Assembly (NCBI GenBank): GCA_016742095.1
Contig: JACVCJ010000005.1
Span: 3,335-67,334, forward strand
DNA length: 64,000 nucleotides
Origin: Bacteroidia bacterium
Lineage (GTDB): Bacteria; Bacteroidota; Bacteroidia; CAIKAF01
Direction of reading: 5' to 3'
The notes beneath the pieces are model-generated. The model made no database searches and was not told where the DNA came from. It was given only the letters and a program-made list of their open reading frames with translations. How positions within the stretch are numbered: the first letter of the stretch is position 1; every line of letters starts with the position of its first letter. Made by a program: the position numbers and the translations under genes. Of the stretch, positions 1 to 10,826 are shown in pieces.

Positions 1-263
1 CGCACAAGTTCCTTCCCATGGGTACCATCGCCAAAGTTACCAATCTGCGTAACAACAAGAGCCTGGTAGTTAAGATCAACGATCGTCTGCCGGTTACTTC
101 TTCCCCTTTTATTGATCTCAGCAAGGCATCGGCCCGGGAACTGGGTTTCCTGAAAATGGGCCGTACCGACATCAAGCTGGAGGTACTGGAAACCCCGCAA
201 TCGCGCAAGGCACGGCTGGCCATGTTTTTACCGGGCGACCGTAAAAAGCAGAAAAAGGGATAA
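1..263 (+). CDS. rlpA: Septal ring lytic transglycosylase RlpA family protein (5'-truncated by window)
   Basis: Frame open from window start: HKFLPMGTIAKVTNLRNNKSLVVKINDR...IDLSKASARELGFLKMG matches the RlpA DPBB motif (HxTLPxGT..V.INDR..IDLS..AA..LG). Confidence 0.85.
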   Translation, partial: HKFLPMGTIAKVTNLRNNKSLVVKINDRLPVTSSPFIDLSKASARELGFLKMGRTDIKLEVLETPQSRKARLAMFLPGDRKKQKKG

Positions 264-281
264 CAAAGCCATTTGTTTTGA

Positions 282-1016
282 TCAGCGGCTTTTTGAAATG
301 CCGTAGCCCATACCGAACTGCACACTGCTGTTGTTCAGGAAGGGCAGGAATGTGCTTTCCTGCGGACTTCCGGGCATAAGCGTAATGCGGGTGTAGTGTG
401 TGGCTTTGGTGATCTGTGGTTCAAAAGCAAAAAAGAAGGCCAGGCGGCGCTCCGGCGAAGTGTGGTAGTTGTAGTTGATCCGCAGGCTGGCGAAGAGTTG
501 AAAAAAGCTCATTTCATCGCGTACGTAGTTCAGTACCTGTATATCTTCACCAGAGGCATTCATGATAAAGGTATTTACCGCATTCTGACTGCCGGCCAGG
601 AAAACAGGCAGCAGCGAAAAAGCGGCGCTGAACGAATGCCGGCTGTTTATTTCGGCCCGGGCCTCCAGTCCGGTAGGTAATTTTATGCAAAAACCGCTGC
701 CCCAGTTGTTAAAACCCTGCCTGTAGGTATGGTCGCCATCCTTGTAGCGCAGCTGATGCCGGTGATTGATACTGCTGTACACGATCCCCGTGTGAAAATA
801 GAGTACTTCCTTCAACTGCCGGTGGTAACGGAAACCGAGAAATGCACTTTCGGCCGGCCGGCTTTTTATCTGTACACTTCCATCCGGTGTGGAAAAACGG
901 TAACGGGTATTGGGTGTAATACTGAACCCGAATTCCGGCTGGAATATATCTTTCTGTGCATACACGGAAGCACAGTAAAGAAGCATGATTGATGTATATA
1001 CGAATACTTTTTTCAA
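282..1016 (-). CDS. Putative outer-membrane beta-barrel protein
   Basis: Sec signal (MKKVFV...VYAQ), alternating aromatic beta-strands, C-terminal VQFGMGYGI strand. Confidence 0.6.
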   Translation of the reverse strand: MKKVFVYTSIMLLYCASVYAQKDIFQPEFGFSITPNTRYRFSTPDGSVQIKSRPAESAFLGFRYHRQLKEVLYFHTGIVYSSINHRHQLRYKDGDHTYRQGFNNWGSGFCIKLPTGLEARAEINSRHSFSAAFSLLPVFLAGSQNAVNTFIMNASGEDIQVLNYVRDEMSFFQLFASLRINYNYHTSPERRLAFFFAFEPQITKATHYTRITLMPGSPQESTFLPFLNNSSVQFGMGYGISKSR

Positions 1017-1031
1017 CGGAAGGAGAGAAGC

Positions 1032-1628
1032 TTAAGGGTTTCTCTGTTCCATATAACGTATTAAGTATTTACCCAGTATGTCAAATTCGAGATTTACCTT
1101 CTGTCCCTGTTTCAGGTAACGGAAAACGGTATTTTCGTAGGTATATGGAATGATCTCTATACTAAAAAGTCCGGTCTCGCTTTTTACCACCGTAAGGCTG
1201 GTACCGTTCACGGTGATACTGCCTTTGGGAACGGTAATGTATTCAGGTTCCGTGGCCTCGTAACGGATCACAAATTCCCAGCTGCCGTTGCGGTCGGTAA
1301 TGCTTTCGCAGGTACCGGTAGTGTCCACATGGCCCTGTACAAAATGTCCGTCCAGGCGTCCGTCGGCGCGCATACAGCGTTCCAGGTTCACAAAATCGCC
1401 TTCTTTCCATTCGCCCAGGTTGGTACGCTGCAGGGTTTCCTGTATGGCGGTCACGCTGTACCAGTCTTCTCCCAGGGCGTCCACGGTAAGGCATACGCCG
1501 TTGTGCGATACGCTCTGATCGATCTTCAGTTCGGGCTGTATGGAAGCCTTCAGTACAAAAGTACGGTTGGTACCTTCGTTCCGTATGGAGATGATCTGCG
1601 CCAGTGTTTCTACAATTCCGGTGAACAT
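1032..1628 (-). CDS. ribE: Riboflavin synthase (alpha chain)
   Basis: N-terminal MFTGIVE signature, NGVCLTV, GHFVQGHVD, VNLEFD. Confidence 0.97.
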   Translation of the reverse strand: MFTGIVETLAQIISIRNEGTNRTFVLKASIQPELKIDQSVSHNGVCLTVDALGEDWYSVTAIQETLQRTNLGEWKEGDFVNLERCMRADGRLDGHFVQGHVDTTGTCESITDRNGSWEFVIRYEATEPEYITVPKGSITVNGTSLTVVKSETGLFSIEIIPYTYENTVFRYLKQGQKVNLEFDILGKYLIRYMEQRNP

Positions 1629-1633
1629 GGCGT

Positions 1634-3022
1634 TTAAAATTTGGCGTTGCCCGGTGTGCGCGGACTCAGGATCACGTCGCGGATGTTACCCATACCGGTC
1701 ACGAACAGCATCATACGTTCAAAACCGAGTCCGAATCCGCTGTGCGGGGCCGTTCCGAACTTGCGCAGCTCCAGGTACCACCACAGGTCCTCTTCGTGTA
1801 TGCCCTGGTCTTTTACGCGTTCCAGCAGTTTATCGTAACGTTCCTCACGCTGGCTGCCGCCTACCACTTCGCCGATACCCGGGAACAGGATGTCCATGGC
1901 ACGTACGGTCTTTCCGTCTTCGTTTAAGCGCATGTAAAAGGCTTTGATGGACTTGGGGTAGTCCGTAACGATCACAGGCGATTTAAAGTGCTTTTCCACG
2001 AGAAAACGCTCATGTTCGCTCTGGAGGTCCAGTCCCCAGGAAACCGGGAACTCGAATTTATGCCCGCTTTGTTCCAGGATGCTGATGGCTTCGGTATAGG
2101 TGATGCGTTTAAAAGCGTTGTTGATCACGAATTCCATGCGCGACAGCAGTTCGTTGTCGTACATTTTGTTCAGGAAGGCCAGGTCATCGGCGCAGTTCTC
2201 GTAGATGTACCGTACGCAGTAGCGCAGGAAATCCTCGGCCAGGTCCATGTTCTCTTCCAGTTCGTTAAAGGCCACTTCGGGTTCTATCATCCAGAATTCG
2301 GCCAGGTGGCGTGCGGTATTGCTGTTCTCGGCACGGAAAGTAGGCCCGAAGGTATACACACGGCTCAGGGCCATGGCACCGGTCTCGGCCTGCAGTTGCC
2401 CGGAAACGGTCAGGTTCGATTCGGAACCGAAAAAGTCCTGGGTAAAATCCACAGCGCCTTCTTCATTCAGCGGCGGGTTCTGTGCAGGCAGCGTGCTTAC
2501 ACGGAACATTTCGCCGGCGCCTTCGGCATCACTGGCGGTGATGATGGGCGTGTGCAGGTAAAAGAAACCGTTGTCGTTGAAATATTTGTGAATGGCAAAA
2601 GCCAGGTTGTGACGTATGCGGAACACCGCGCCGAAGGTATTGGTACGCGGACGCAGGTGAGCGATCTCGCGCAGGAACTCCAGGGTATGTCCTTTTTTCT
2701 GCAGCGGGAAGGTTTCGGGATCGGCCTCACCATAAATTTCGATCTGTGTGGCCTGCATCTCTACATTCTGTCCGGCGCCGGGACTTTCTACCAGGGTACC
2801 GGTCACGGCCAGGCAGGCCCCGGTACTGATGCGTTTCAGCAGGTCTTCGCCGATCTTTTCGATATCGGCAACCACCTGTATGCTGTCAAAACAGGATCCG
2901 TCATTCAGTGCAATAAAATTTACATTCTTACTTCCTCTTTTTGTCTTTACCCAGCCTTTAAGCGTTAAAACGGTGCCGGGAGCGCCGTCTTTCAAAACCT
3001 GTTTGATCTGCACAGATGCCAT
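1634..3022 (-). CDS. asnS: Asparagine--tRNA ligase
   Basis: OB-fold N-terminus, [38 protein letters not shown]. Confidence 0.97.
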   Translation of the reverse strand: MASVQIKQVLKDGAPGTVLTLKGWVKTKRGSKNVNFIALNDGSCFDSIQVVADIEKIGEDLLKRISTGACLAVTGTLVESPGAGQNVEMQATQIEIYGEADPETFPLQKKGHTLEFLREIAHLRPRTNTFGAVFRIRHNLAFAIHKYFNDNGFFYLHTPIITASDAEGAGEMFRVSTLPAQNPPLNEEGAVDFTQDFFGSESNLTVSGQLQAETGAMALSRVYTFGPTFRAENSNTARHLAEFWMIEPEVAFNELEENMDLAEDFLRYCVRYIYENCADDLAFLNKMYDNELLSRMEFVINNAFKRITYTEAISILEQSGHKFEFPVSWGLDLQSEHERFLVEKHFKSPVIVTDYPKSIKAFYMRLNEDGKTVRAMDILFPGIGEVVGGSQREERYDKLLERVKDQGIHEEDLWWYLELRKFGTAPHSGFGLGFERMMLFVTGMGNIRDVILSPRTPGNAKF

Positions 3023-3036
3023 AATTGTGATATCGA

Positions 3037-3900
3037 TTACTTAATTTTTTTGCAAGTATACGTTACTTTTCCTGAGATTTTAGGGGCGGCGTTTATTCCG
3101 CCGTCATCTTTTACCTGTATAGCCATGCTGGTGCTGGATGAATTCACCAGTCCCGTTTCGCGGGAGATCTGCATGGTTCCGGAATGGTCGCCGCTGAAAG
3201 TGGCCTGTCCGGCCTTGTTCTCTTTACTTTTAATGGTGCCTTTAAAGTCTACAATAACCTCATTAGCATTAATTTCCTTAACGGTATAGGTGTTCTGCCA
3301 TTCCATATGGTTCTCCGTTCCGGAAGTGTAGTTCCGTTCGTAGCTGTCACCCGTACGTATAGGCTTTTGGGGCAGTACGGCGAACAGGGTGGTAAAATCG
3401 TCTTCCAGGGCATCTTTCGATTCGGCCACGGTGTCGATACCGATGGATCTTATCACGTCCGTTTTGGTGTTCATGAGCACATCGCCCAGGTTATTTACAC
3501 GCACGGCATAGGGTTTTTTCAGGAACTTGCTGAAAATGTAGGAGAAAGAGACATAGGAGCCTTTGTTCTCCGAGGCTTTTTCGCTGTTGTAAATAAAGCC
3601 CTGTACCAGGCCCTTGTTGCTTTTGGGCAGTACTTCCATACGCACGCTTTTCAGGTAACCGGTAAACAGGTACTGGCTGTCGGGCAGCACAGAATCTACG
3701 TGGAACACGTGGTTCAGGTTTATAAGCTGTGTATAGGTTATTTCCTGGTTATAGATGGTCATGGAAGCGGTCTGTTCGGCGGCGGTGGATACTTCGTATT
3801 CCTGGCCGGGCTGCAGGTCCATGCGCAGGGAAACGGGCTTTTCACCGCATGCGCTCAGCAGCAGGGTCGCCGTCAGTACGTAAAACAGGTTCCTTTTCAT
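3037..3900 (-). CDS. Lipoprotein, DUF6263-like
   Basis: Lipobox LLLSAC; beta-rich body with [12 protein letters not shown] and ISRETGLV segments resembling DUF6263. Confidence 0.6.
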   Translation of the reverse strand: MKRNLFYVLTATLLLSACGEKPVSLRMDLQPGQEYEVSTAAEQTASMTIYNQEITYTQLINLNHVFHVDSVLPDSQYLFTGYLKSVRMEVLPKSNKGLVQGFIYNSEKASENKGSYVSFSYIFSKFLKKPYAVRVNNLGDVLMNTKTDVIRSIGIDTVAESKDALEDDFTTLFAVLPQKPIRTGDSYERNYTSGTENHMEWQNTYTVKEINANEVIVDFKGTIKSKENKAGQATFSGDHSGTMQISRETGLVNSSSTSMAIQVKDDGGINAAPKISGKVTYTCKKIK

Positions 3901-3929
3901 GTGTGTGTCTGTTTAGGGATATTCAGCTG

Positions 3930-3994
3930 CAAAGGTATTAGTTTATAAGCAAATTATTTAATTTGAACTTTTGGCGCCTTTATACGTACATTTG
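3930..3994. promoter_or_regulatory. Divergent Bacteroidota housekeeping-sigma promoters
   Basis: TACATTTG at 3987-3994 (+) with TTTG at 3962-3965; CAAAGGTA at 3930-3937 reads TACCTTTG on the minus strand. Both fit TAnnTTTG. Confidence 0.7.
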
Positions 3995-4029
3995 TAAGTA
4001 TTCGTTAATTTTTACGTTATACTTCATAT

Positions 4030-7000
4030 ATGCAGGCTTATAACGAACTTATCGGCAAATTAAATGCGTTCATCCGCAAATATTATAAAAACCAGTTATT
4101 ACGTGGTTCTATCTACACCGTGGGCCTGGGCCTTACGCTCTGGCTTTCGGTAAGTGTACTGGAGTATTTCGGGAGTTTTGGTACGGTAGTGCGTACCATT
4201 CTGTTCTTCTCTTTTGCCGTGGCTTTCCTGGCCATACTGGTCAACTATATCTTTATTCCGCTTTCGGGTCTGTTCCGCCTGGGCCGCACGCTCAGTCACG
4301 AACAGGCCGCAGCCATTATCGGTACACACTTTGCACCGGTAAAAGATAAACTGCTCAATACCCTGCAGCTGAAAAAAAGTCTCGATCTGCAGGCGGATAA
4401 CAGTCTGCTCATGGCCACCATCGAGCAGCGCACGGCCGAACTGCGTCCCGTGCCGTTTACCCGTGCGGTGGATTATTCGCTCAACCGCCGTTACCTGCGC
4501 TGGGCGGTCATTCCCGTGATCGTTACCTTCCTGCTGCTTTTCCTGGCGCCTTCGGTACTTACCAAAAGTACGGAGCGCCTGGTGCTTTTCGGCCGGGAGT
4601 TTAAACCCGAAGCGCCCTTTGCTTTTCGTATACTCAACACAGACCTGGAAGCAGAAGAGAATGCCGACCTGGAAGTGGAACTGAAGACAGAAGGTTCTAT
4701 TGTACCTTCGGACGTTTATGTAGAGTCGGAAGGCGCGCAGTTCCGCATGCGCACGGGAGAGAACGGAAAGTTCGTATATACATTCAAAAACGTACGTAAA
4801 AATTTTAACTTCCGCTTTTTTGCCGATGGATTTTACAGCGATCCTTACGAAGTGCGTGTAAACCCGCGCGCCGCTGTAACCGGTTTTAAAATTAAGGCCG
4901 AATACCCGGCCTACCTCAACCGCAACCCGGAAGAATTCAGCGGTACAGGCGATCTGCTGGTGCCCGAAGGAACGGTACTTTCCTGGTTCATGTATACGAA
5001 AAATACACAGAAGGTCTGGGTAAGAACTTCGGCCGACAGTGTAATGGTGCTTTCCGGCGGACCCTCCTTTAATTTCCGCCGCCGTGTGAACAACACCCTG
5101 CCGTATGCCATTCTGCCCCTGCACAGCGGCATCAGCAACCGCGATACACTTAAATATACCATTTCGGTGCTGAAGGATCAGTTCCCGGTCATCGACGTGC
5201 AGGAACGTGTCGACAGCGTCGTGAGCACCATGTTCTATTTCCTGGGTAATGTGCAGGACGATTATGGTTTCCGCGGACTTACCTTCCACTACGGTATCAC
5301 TTCGGGAGAAGGAGAGCCGGTCCGTTATGAAAGTAAAGCCATTGGTCTGCAGAGCGGTTCGCTGAAACAGGCTTTCCTGTATGCGTTCAACTTCCGTGAA
5401 CTGGACCCGAAACCCGGCGATAAAGTGCATTACTATTTCAGCATTTCGGATAACGACGGCGTAAACGGCAGCAAGACCACCAAGAGCGCCAAACGCATCT
5501 ATAAAATTCCTACCAAAGAAGAACTGCGTAAACAGAATTCCGAAGCTTCTCAATCGGTTAAGAACAGTCTGACCGAGAGTGTGAAGGAAGCCCGCGAATT
5601 ACAGCGCGATGCCGAAAAACTGAACAAGCAGCTGCTGGAAAAACGCAATATGGACTGGCAGGATAAAAAACGTATTGAAGACCTGCTGAAGAAACAGAAG
5701 GAACTGGAGAAAAAGATCGAAGACCTGAAGAAGGAGAACGAGATCAATAACTTTAAAAAAGATCAGTTTACAGAAAAATCGGAAGAGGAACGCCTGAAGG
5801 AAGAACAGCTGCAAAAGCTGATGGACGAACTGATGAGCGAGGAGTTCAAAGAGCTGATGAAAAAGCTGGAAGAACTGAATAAGACCGAAGATCCTAAAAA
5901 AGCACAGGAGAAACTGCAGGATATGAAATTCAATTCCGAAGACCTGCAAAAACAGCTGGAACGTACCCTGGAACTGTACAAACAAATGGAACTGGAACAG
6001 CTGATGAAAGAAACGGTCGAGCAGCTGAACGAACTGGCCGAGAAACAAAAAGAACTGGCTAAAGAGACCGAAAAAACCAAAGGGAACGATCCGGCGAAAA
6101 AGGAAGAACTGCAGAAGAAGCAGGAGGAGATCAATAAGGAATTCGAAGATGTACGTAAGCAGCTGGACGAGATCGAAAAGAAAAATTCGGAACTCGAAAA
6201 GCCGAACGAGGAAATAAAAAATACCGATCAGCAGGAACAGAATATCCAGCAGGAACAGCAGAACAGTCAGCAGAATATGGAAAAGGGGCAGAATAAAAAA
6301 GCCTCCGAATCACAGCAGAATGCCGGCGACCAGATGCAGCAGCTGAGCAACAGCCTGCAGCAGCAGCAACAGGAAATGGAAGACAATAACCAGGAAGAAG
6401 ACCTGGAAAGCATGCGCCGTCTGCTGGACAATCTGCTGAAGCTTTCTTTCCAGCAGGAGAACCTGATCGCCGACCTGGGCAAGGTAAATATGGACAGTCC
6501 GGCCTACAAGGAAATTACCCGCAAGCAACGCAAACTGCAGGACGATGCCCGCGTGATCGAGGACAGTCTTTTTGCGCTGAGCAAACGCCAGGTGAACCTG
6601 AGCGGCATGATCAACAAAGAAATTGCCACGGTAAAACGGGGCATGAGCGATGCCGTTTCTTTCCTCGCCGAGCGTCGTGTTCCCAATGCGTCCACGCAGC
6701 AGCAGTACGCCATGGCATCTATCAATAACCTGGCCCTGATGCTTTCGGAAAGTATCGAAAATTCGCAACAACAAATGATGATGAAAAAGGGAGGAAGCAG
6801 TATGGGCAATAAAGCCTGTAAAAAACCCGGTCAGGGTAATCCGTCTTCGTCAGAACAAATGAAACAAATGCAGCAGATGCAACAGAAACTGGGTGAACAG
6901 ATGCAGAAAATGGCCCAGCAGATGAGCAAACAACAAAAGGAAGGTCAGCAGCAGAAACCGGGCGGACAATCGGGCCAGGGTCAGGACGGCCAGCCCAAAC

Positions 7001-7449
7001 CGGGTGAGCGCAACAGCATGAACGGGCAAAACAGTAAAGAATTTGCCCAGATGGCCCAGCAGCAGGAACAATTGCGCAAGATGTTGCAGGAGCTGGCAGA
7101 GAAAACGGCCGATCCGGACCAGAAACGCATGATGCAGGAACTGGCCAAAAGAATGGAGGAGAACGAAACGGATTTTTACAATAAGAAGATCTCTTCGGAG
7201 ACAATGCGTCGCCAGAACGATATTTATTCGCGCATGCTCGAAAGTGAAAAAGCATTGCGTGAACAGGACGAGGACGAACAGCGGGAAAGTAATTCGGCCG
7301 ACGATCTGATCCCGGACAACATCGAAAAGTACCTCGAGTGGAAAAAACTGCAGGAGGGAATGAAGGATGTTTTGCGCACGGTACCTGCCGATTTTGTACC
7401 GTATTATCGTCAGAAAGTGCAGTCTTACTTTAACAAATCTTCAATTTAA
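4030..7449 (+). CDS. DUF4175-family membrane-anchored coiled-coil protein
   Basis: N-terminal TM helices (FIRKYYKNQLLRG), beta-rich middle with DDYG and DNDGVNGSK motifs, long Q/E/K coiled coil, YYRQKVQSYF end; usual Bacteroidota neighbour of ybeY and mnmG. Confidence 0.8.
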   Translation: MQAYNELIGKLNAFIRKYYKNQLLRGSIYTVGLGLTLWLSVSVLEYFGSFGTVVRTILFFSFAVAFLAILVNYIFIPLSGLFRLGRTLSHEQAAAIIGTHFAPVKDKLLNTLQLKKSLDLQADNSLLMATIEQRTAELRPVPFTRAVDYSLNRRYLRWAVIPVIVTFLLLFLAPSVLTKSTERLVLFGREFKPEAPFAFRILNTDLEAEENADLEVELKTEGSIVPSDVYVESEGAQFRMRTGENGKFVYTFKNVRKNFNFRFFADGFYSDPYEVRVNPRAAVTGFKIKAEYPAYLNRNPEEFSGTGDLLVPEGTVLSWFMYTKNTQKVWVRTSADSVMVLSGGPSFNFRRRVNNTLPYAILPLHSGISNRDTLKYTISVLKDQFPVIDVQERVDSVVSTMFYFLGNVQDDYGFRGLTFHYGITSGEGEPVRYESKAIGLQSGSLKQAFLYAFNFRELDPKPGDKVHYYFSISDNDGVNGSKTTKSAKRIYKIPTKEELRKQNSEASQSVKNSLTESVKEARELQRDAEKLNKQLLEKRNMDWQDKKRIEDLLKKQKELEKKIEDLKKENEINNFKKDQFTEKSEEERLKEEQLQKLMDELMSEEFKELMKKLEELNKTEDPKKAQEKLQDMKFNSEDLQKQLERTLELYKQMELEQLMKETVEQLNELAEKQKELAKETEKTKGNDPAKKEELQKKQEEINKEFEDVRKQLDEIEKKNSELEKPNEEIKNTDQQEQNIQQEQQNSQQNMEKGQNKKASESQQNAGDQMQQLSNSLQQQQQEMEDNNQEEDLESMRRLLDNLLKLSFQQENLIADLGKVNMDSPAYKEITRKQRKLQDDARVIEDSLFALSKRQVNLSGMINKEIATVKRGMSDAVSFLAERRVPNASTQQQYAMASINNLALMLSESIENSQQQMMMKKGGSSMGNKACKKPGQGNPSSSEQMKQMQQMQQKLGEQMQKMAQQMSKQQKEGQQQKPGGQSGQGQDGQPKPGERNSMNGQNSKEFAQMAQQQEQLRKMLQELAEKTADPDQKRMMQELAKRMEENETDFYNKKISSETMRRQNDIYSRMLESEKALREQDEDEQRESNSADDLIPDNIEKYLEWKKLQEGMKDVLRTVPADFVPYYRQKVQSYFNKSSI

Positions 7450-7500
7450 TGCAACCTGAGCGTGTTTTTTACGTATTATACTGGGTTGCAAATCTGTTAA

Positions 7501-7941
7501 ATGGATAATAACGTTTTTATGCCCTCGTCTCTGGTGAATAGAATAGTATTTCCCGCCGAAATTCAAAATGTCGGAAAAGTGGAGTCTTTCATTCAGGAAT
7601 CACTCCCCGACATCCGCACCCGCGAAGAAGAATTCGGCCGTATACTTATTGCGCTTACCGAAGCGGTGAATAATGCCATCCAACACGGGTCCAAATGCGA
7701 TCCGGGCAAAGAAGTTGAAATTGAATACGCCATCGACGGCGACGTACATACTTTCTCAGTAAAAGATTCCGGGACCGGTTTCGACCCGGACGAACTGCCG
7801 GACCCAACCGATCCTTTTTTCATCGATCAGCCGAACGGCCGTGGGGTTTTCCTGATGCGCCGCCTGGCAGACGATATCGCTTTCAAGGATGGCGGAAGAT
7901 GCGTAGATTTGCACTTCCGATCAGTACATCCTGCACGATGA
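7501..7941 (+). CDS. RsbW-like anti-sigma factor / HATPase_c protein
   Basis: ALTEAVNNAIQHG (N box), VKDSGTGFD (G1), GRGVFLMRRLAD (G2). Confidence 0.85.
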   Translation: MDNNVFMPSSLVNRIVFPAEIQNVGKVESFIQESLPDIRTREEEFGRILIALTEAVNNAIQHGSKCDPGKEVEIEYAIDGDVHTFSVKDSGTGFDPDELPDPTDPFFIDQPNGRGVFLMRRLADDIAFKDGGRCVDLHFRSVHPAR

Positions 7942-8369
7942 AAAAAAATCCACTCACATTTCACAGCGCTGATATTTCCATTCCGCTGAAGGAAAGAACA
8001 CGAATTAAAAACTGGCTGCAGAACCTGGCAAAAACGCATGGGTATGCACTGGAGGAATTGCGCTATATTTTCTGTTCGGATGATTTCCTGCTGGAGATAA
8101 ACCGGAGTTCCCTCGACCATGATTATTATACGGACATTATCACGTTCGATCTCCGGGAGAATACAAAGAGCAAAAAGATCGTGGGGGAGATCTACATCAG
8201 TGTGGACCGGGTGCGTGAAAATGCATCCGATTTTGGTGTTTCTTTTTCTACGGAAATGAAGAGGGTACTGGCACATGGAATTCTGCACCTGGTCGGTTTC
8301 AAGGATAAGACGCCGGAGCAGGAGGCTGAAATGCGCCGTCAGGAAGATAAAGCATTAAACACATTTTAG
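7938..8369 (+). CDS. ybeY: rRNA maturation RNase YbeY
   Basis: HDYYTDIITF, GEIYIS, HGILHLVGFKD; start placed at ATG 7938, overlapping the upstream stop. Confidence 0.95.
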   Translation: MKKNPLTFHSADISIPLKERTRIKNWLQNLAKTHGYALEELRYIFCSDDFLLEINRSSLDHDYYTDIITFDLRENTKSKKIVGEIYISVDRVRENASDFGVSFSTEMKRVLAHGILHLVGFKDKTPEQEAEMRRQEDKALNTF

Positions 8370-8371
8370 AT

Positions 8372-8866
8372 ATGGAATGGATTACCATTGTACTTATTGT
8401 ATGCGGATTTATCTGCGTTTTGCTGGGTATGGCCGGGTCGGTACTTCCTGTGTTGCCGGGACCGCCGATCAGTATGGCCGGACTGGTCATGTTACACTAT
8501 TCGGGTCCGACGTTCTCGCTGGGCTGGTTTGGCTGGACGCTTGCCATTCTGCTTACGGTGATCGGCATTGTGGTCGATTATGTGATCCCATCGGCAACGG
8601 TTAAAATGTTCGGTGGAACAAAAGCCGGAGCAACCGGAGCGGGTATTGGTCAGATCATCGGTTTATACTGGGGGCTCTGGGGAAGCATTATCGGTTCTTT
8701 TGCCGGCACCTTTGCCGGGGAGTCTGTAAAAAAGCAGGGCTGGAAGCAATCGCTTAAATCTTCGGTGGGTAGTACCATCGGTTTTGTGGTAAGCGCACTG
8801 ATAAAGCTTTTCATTACCTTTGTACACTTAATAATCTTTATCGTGGTTTTCTTCATCGGTTTGTAA
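8372..8866 (+). CDS. DUF456-family membrane protein
   Basis: GSVLPVLPGPP motif, multiple TM segments, FGGTKAG. Confidence 0.8.
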   Translation: MEWITIVLIVCGFICVLLGMAGSVLPVLPGPPISMAGLVMLHYSGPTFSLGWFGWTLAILLTVIGIVVDYVIPSATVKMFGGTKAGATGAGIGQIIGLYWGLWGSIIGSFAGTFAGESVKKQGWKQSLKSSVGSTIGFVVSALIKLFITFVHLIIFIVVFFIGL

Positions 8867-8882
8867 TGTTCCACGTGAAACA
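8867..8882. promoter_or_regulatory. parS site 1
   Basis: TGTTCCACGTGAAACA, matching the parS consensus TGTTNCACGTGAAACA. Confidence 0.9.
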
Positions 8883-8904
8883 TTTTGTGAACACTTGAAG
8901 GAAT

Positions 8905-8920
8905 TGTTCCACGTGAAACA
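8905..8920. promoter_or_regulatory. parS site 2
   Basis: Second identical TGTTCCACGTGAAACA, ending 7 nt before the mnmG ATG. Confidence 0.9.
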
Positions 8921-8927
8921 ATGATAT

Positions 8928-10802
8928 ATGTTTTCTGAATTTGATATAATCGTAGTGGGTGCCGGGCATGCGGGAAACGAAGCCGCAGCTGCAGCCGCAA
9001 ACATGGGTTCCAAAGTGCTCCTGGTGACCATGGATATGACCAAAATAGGCCAGATGTCCTGCAATCCTGCTATGGGTGGCGTGGCAAAGGGCCAGATCGT
9101 GCGCGAAATTGATGCTCTGGGCGGACTTTCCGGGATCGTGAGCGATAAAACGGCCATCCAGTTTCGCATGCTGAACCGTTCCAAAGGTCCTGCCATGTGG
9201 AGTCCACGTACACAGAACGATCGTGCACGCTTTGCCGAAGAATGGAGAATGCAGCTGGAGGCGATCCCGAACCTGTACTTCTGGCAGGATTCTGTGGTAG
9301 AACTCCTCGTAAAAGATAAAAGAGTATACGGCGTGATCACGTCCATGGGACAACAATTCCATGCCAAAGCCGTAGTGCTTACCAATGGTACCTTCCTTAA
9401 TGGTATTATCCATATCGGGGAAAAGCAACTGAAAGGCGGCAGGGCGGGGGAGAAGGCCTCTTATGGACTCACCGCCCAGCTGGAATCCCTCGGGTTTGAA
9501 TCGGGTCGTATGAAGACCGGTACACCGCCGCGCCTTGACGGCCGTTCTCTGAACTATGCCGCCATGACCGAGCAGGAAGGTGATCCTGACCCGTCCCGTT
9601 TCTCCTATATGCACACCCCGCCGCTGGAAAACCAGATGAGCTGCTATATAACCTATACCAGCCAGGAAGTACACGATGTGCTGAAGACCGGCTTTGAGAA
9701 ATCGCCCATGTTCAACGGACGTATACAGGGTCTGGGCCCCCGCTATTGTCCTTCCATCGAAGATAAGATCAATCGTTTTTCGGATAAAGACAGTCACCAG
9801 CTGTTCGTGGAACCGGAAGGCCGGAATACAGTAGAGATCTATGTGAACGGATTCTCCTCCAGTCTGCCCGAAGAAGTGCAGTATAAAGCCCTGCGCAAGA
9901 TCGTCGGCTTTGAGAATGCCGTGATGTTCCGCCCCGGTTATGCCATCGAGTACGACTATTTCCCGCCCGTGCAGCTGCGTCACACCCTGGAGACCAAACT
10001 GGTGGAGAACCTCTATTTCGCCGGACAGATAAACGGTACTACGGGCTATGAAGAAGCCGCCTGCCAGGGTCTCATGGCCGGCATCAATGCCCACCTGAAA
10101 GGGAAAGAAGAACAACCCCTGGTGCTGGGCCGGGAGGAAGCCTACATCGGAGTGCTCATCGACGACCTCATCAACAAAGGTACCGAAGAACCCTACCGTA
10201 TGTTCACTTCAAGGGCTGAATACCGCATCCTGCTTCGCCAGGACAATGCTGATTTTAGGCTCACCGAAAAGGGCAGGGCTGTAGGCCTTGTAAAAGATGA
10301 TCGTTACGCTGTTTTTACAGAGCGAAAAGCCATGGTGGAACGCCTGCGCCGGAACATTATGCAGTACAGCGTTTCGCCGGAACAGCTGAACCATTACCTG
10401 GAGTCGAAAGGTTCTATGCCCCTGCGTCAGAAAGTGAAACTGGACTCCGTGCTGTCCCGCCCCAATGTATTCCTGGAAGAAATAATGGCCCTGGATACTA
10501 TCGCTTCAGATCTGGCAGAAGGCCTGGAGCGTCCCCTGTGTAAAGATGAGACCGAACTGGCCGAGACCCTCATTAAATACGAAGGCTATATACAGCGGGA
10601 ACGTGAAATGGCGGAGAAGATGCAACGCCTGGAATATGTAAAACTGGATTCGGCCTTCGACTATCACGGTCTGCCTTCACTGTCGATGGAAGCCCGGGAG
10701 AAACTCAGCCGCATCCGGCCGGAGAACCTGGGTCAGGCCAGCCGTATCAGCGGCGTGTCGCCGGCAGATATTTCGGTTTTGCTCATTAAATTGGGACGCT
10801 AA
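8928..10802 (+). CDS. mnmG: tRNA uridine-5-carboxymethylaminomethyl modification enzyme MnmG (GidA)
   Basis: VVGAGHAG, MSCNPAMGG, GPRYCPSIEDK, AGQINGTTGYEEAA, YRMFTSRAEYR. Confidence 0.98.
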   Translation: MFSEFDIIVVGAGHAGNEAAAAAANMGSKVLLVTMDMTKIGQMSCNPAMGGVAKGQIVREIDALGGLSGIVSDKTAIQFRMLNRSKGPAMWSPRTQNDRARFAEEWRMQLEAIPNLYFWQDSVVELLVKDKRVYGVITSMGQQFHAKAVVLTNGTFLNGIIHIGEKQLKGGRAGEKASYGLTAQLESLGFESGRMKTGTPPRLDGRSLNYAAMTEQEGDPDPSRFSYMHTPPLENQMSCYITYTSQEVHDVLKTGFEKSPMFNGRIQGLGPRYCPSIEDKINRFSDKDSHQLFVEPEGRNTVEIYVNGFSSSLPEEVQYKALRKIVGFENAVMFRPGYAIEYDYFPPVQLRHTLETKLVENLYFAGQINGTTGYEEAACQGLMAGINAHLKGKEEQPLVLGREEAYIGVLIDDLINKGTEEPYRMFTSRAEYRILLRQDNADFRLTEKGRAVGLVKDDRYAVFTERKAMVERLRRNIMQYSVSPEQLNHYLESKGSMPLRQKVKLDSVLSRPNVFLEEIMALDTIASDLAEGLERPLCKDETELAETLIKYEGYIQREREMAEKMQRLEYVKLDSAFDYHGLPSLSMEAREKLSRIRPENLGQASRISGVSPADISVLLIKLGR

Positions 10803-10826
10803 ACGTATATTCATTACCTTTAAGAT

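Noticed and set aside
1628..1634. FMN riboswitch before ribE
   Set aside because: ribE follows asnS after 5 nt; there is no leader.
3692..3712. Partial parS-like matches (also near 13040 and 14571)
   Set aside because: Only about one half-site matches; consistent with chance inside coding sequence.
6200..7100. CAG/Gln-rich low-complexity stretch
   Set aside because: Normal Q-rich coiled-coil region of the DUF4175 protein, not a repeat array.
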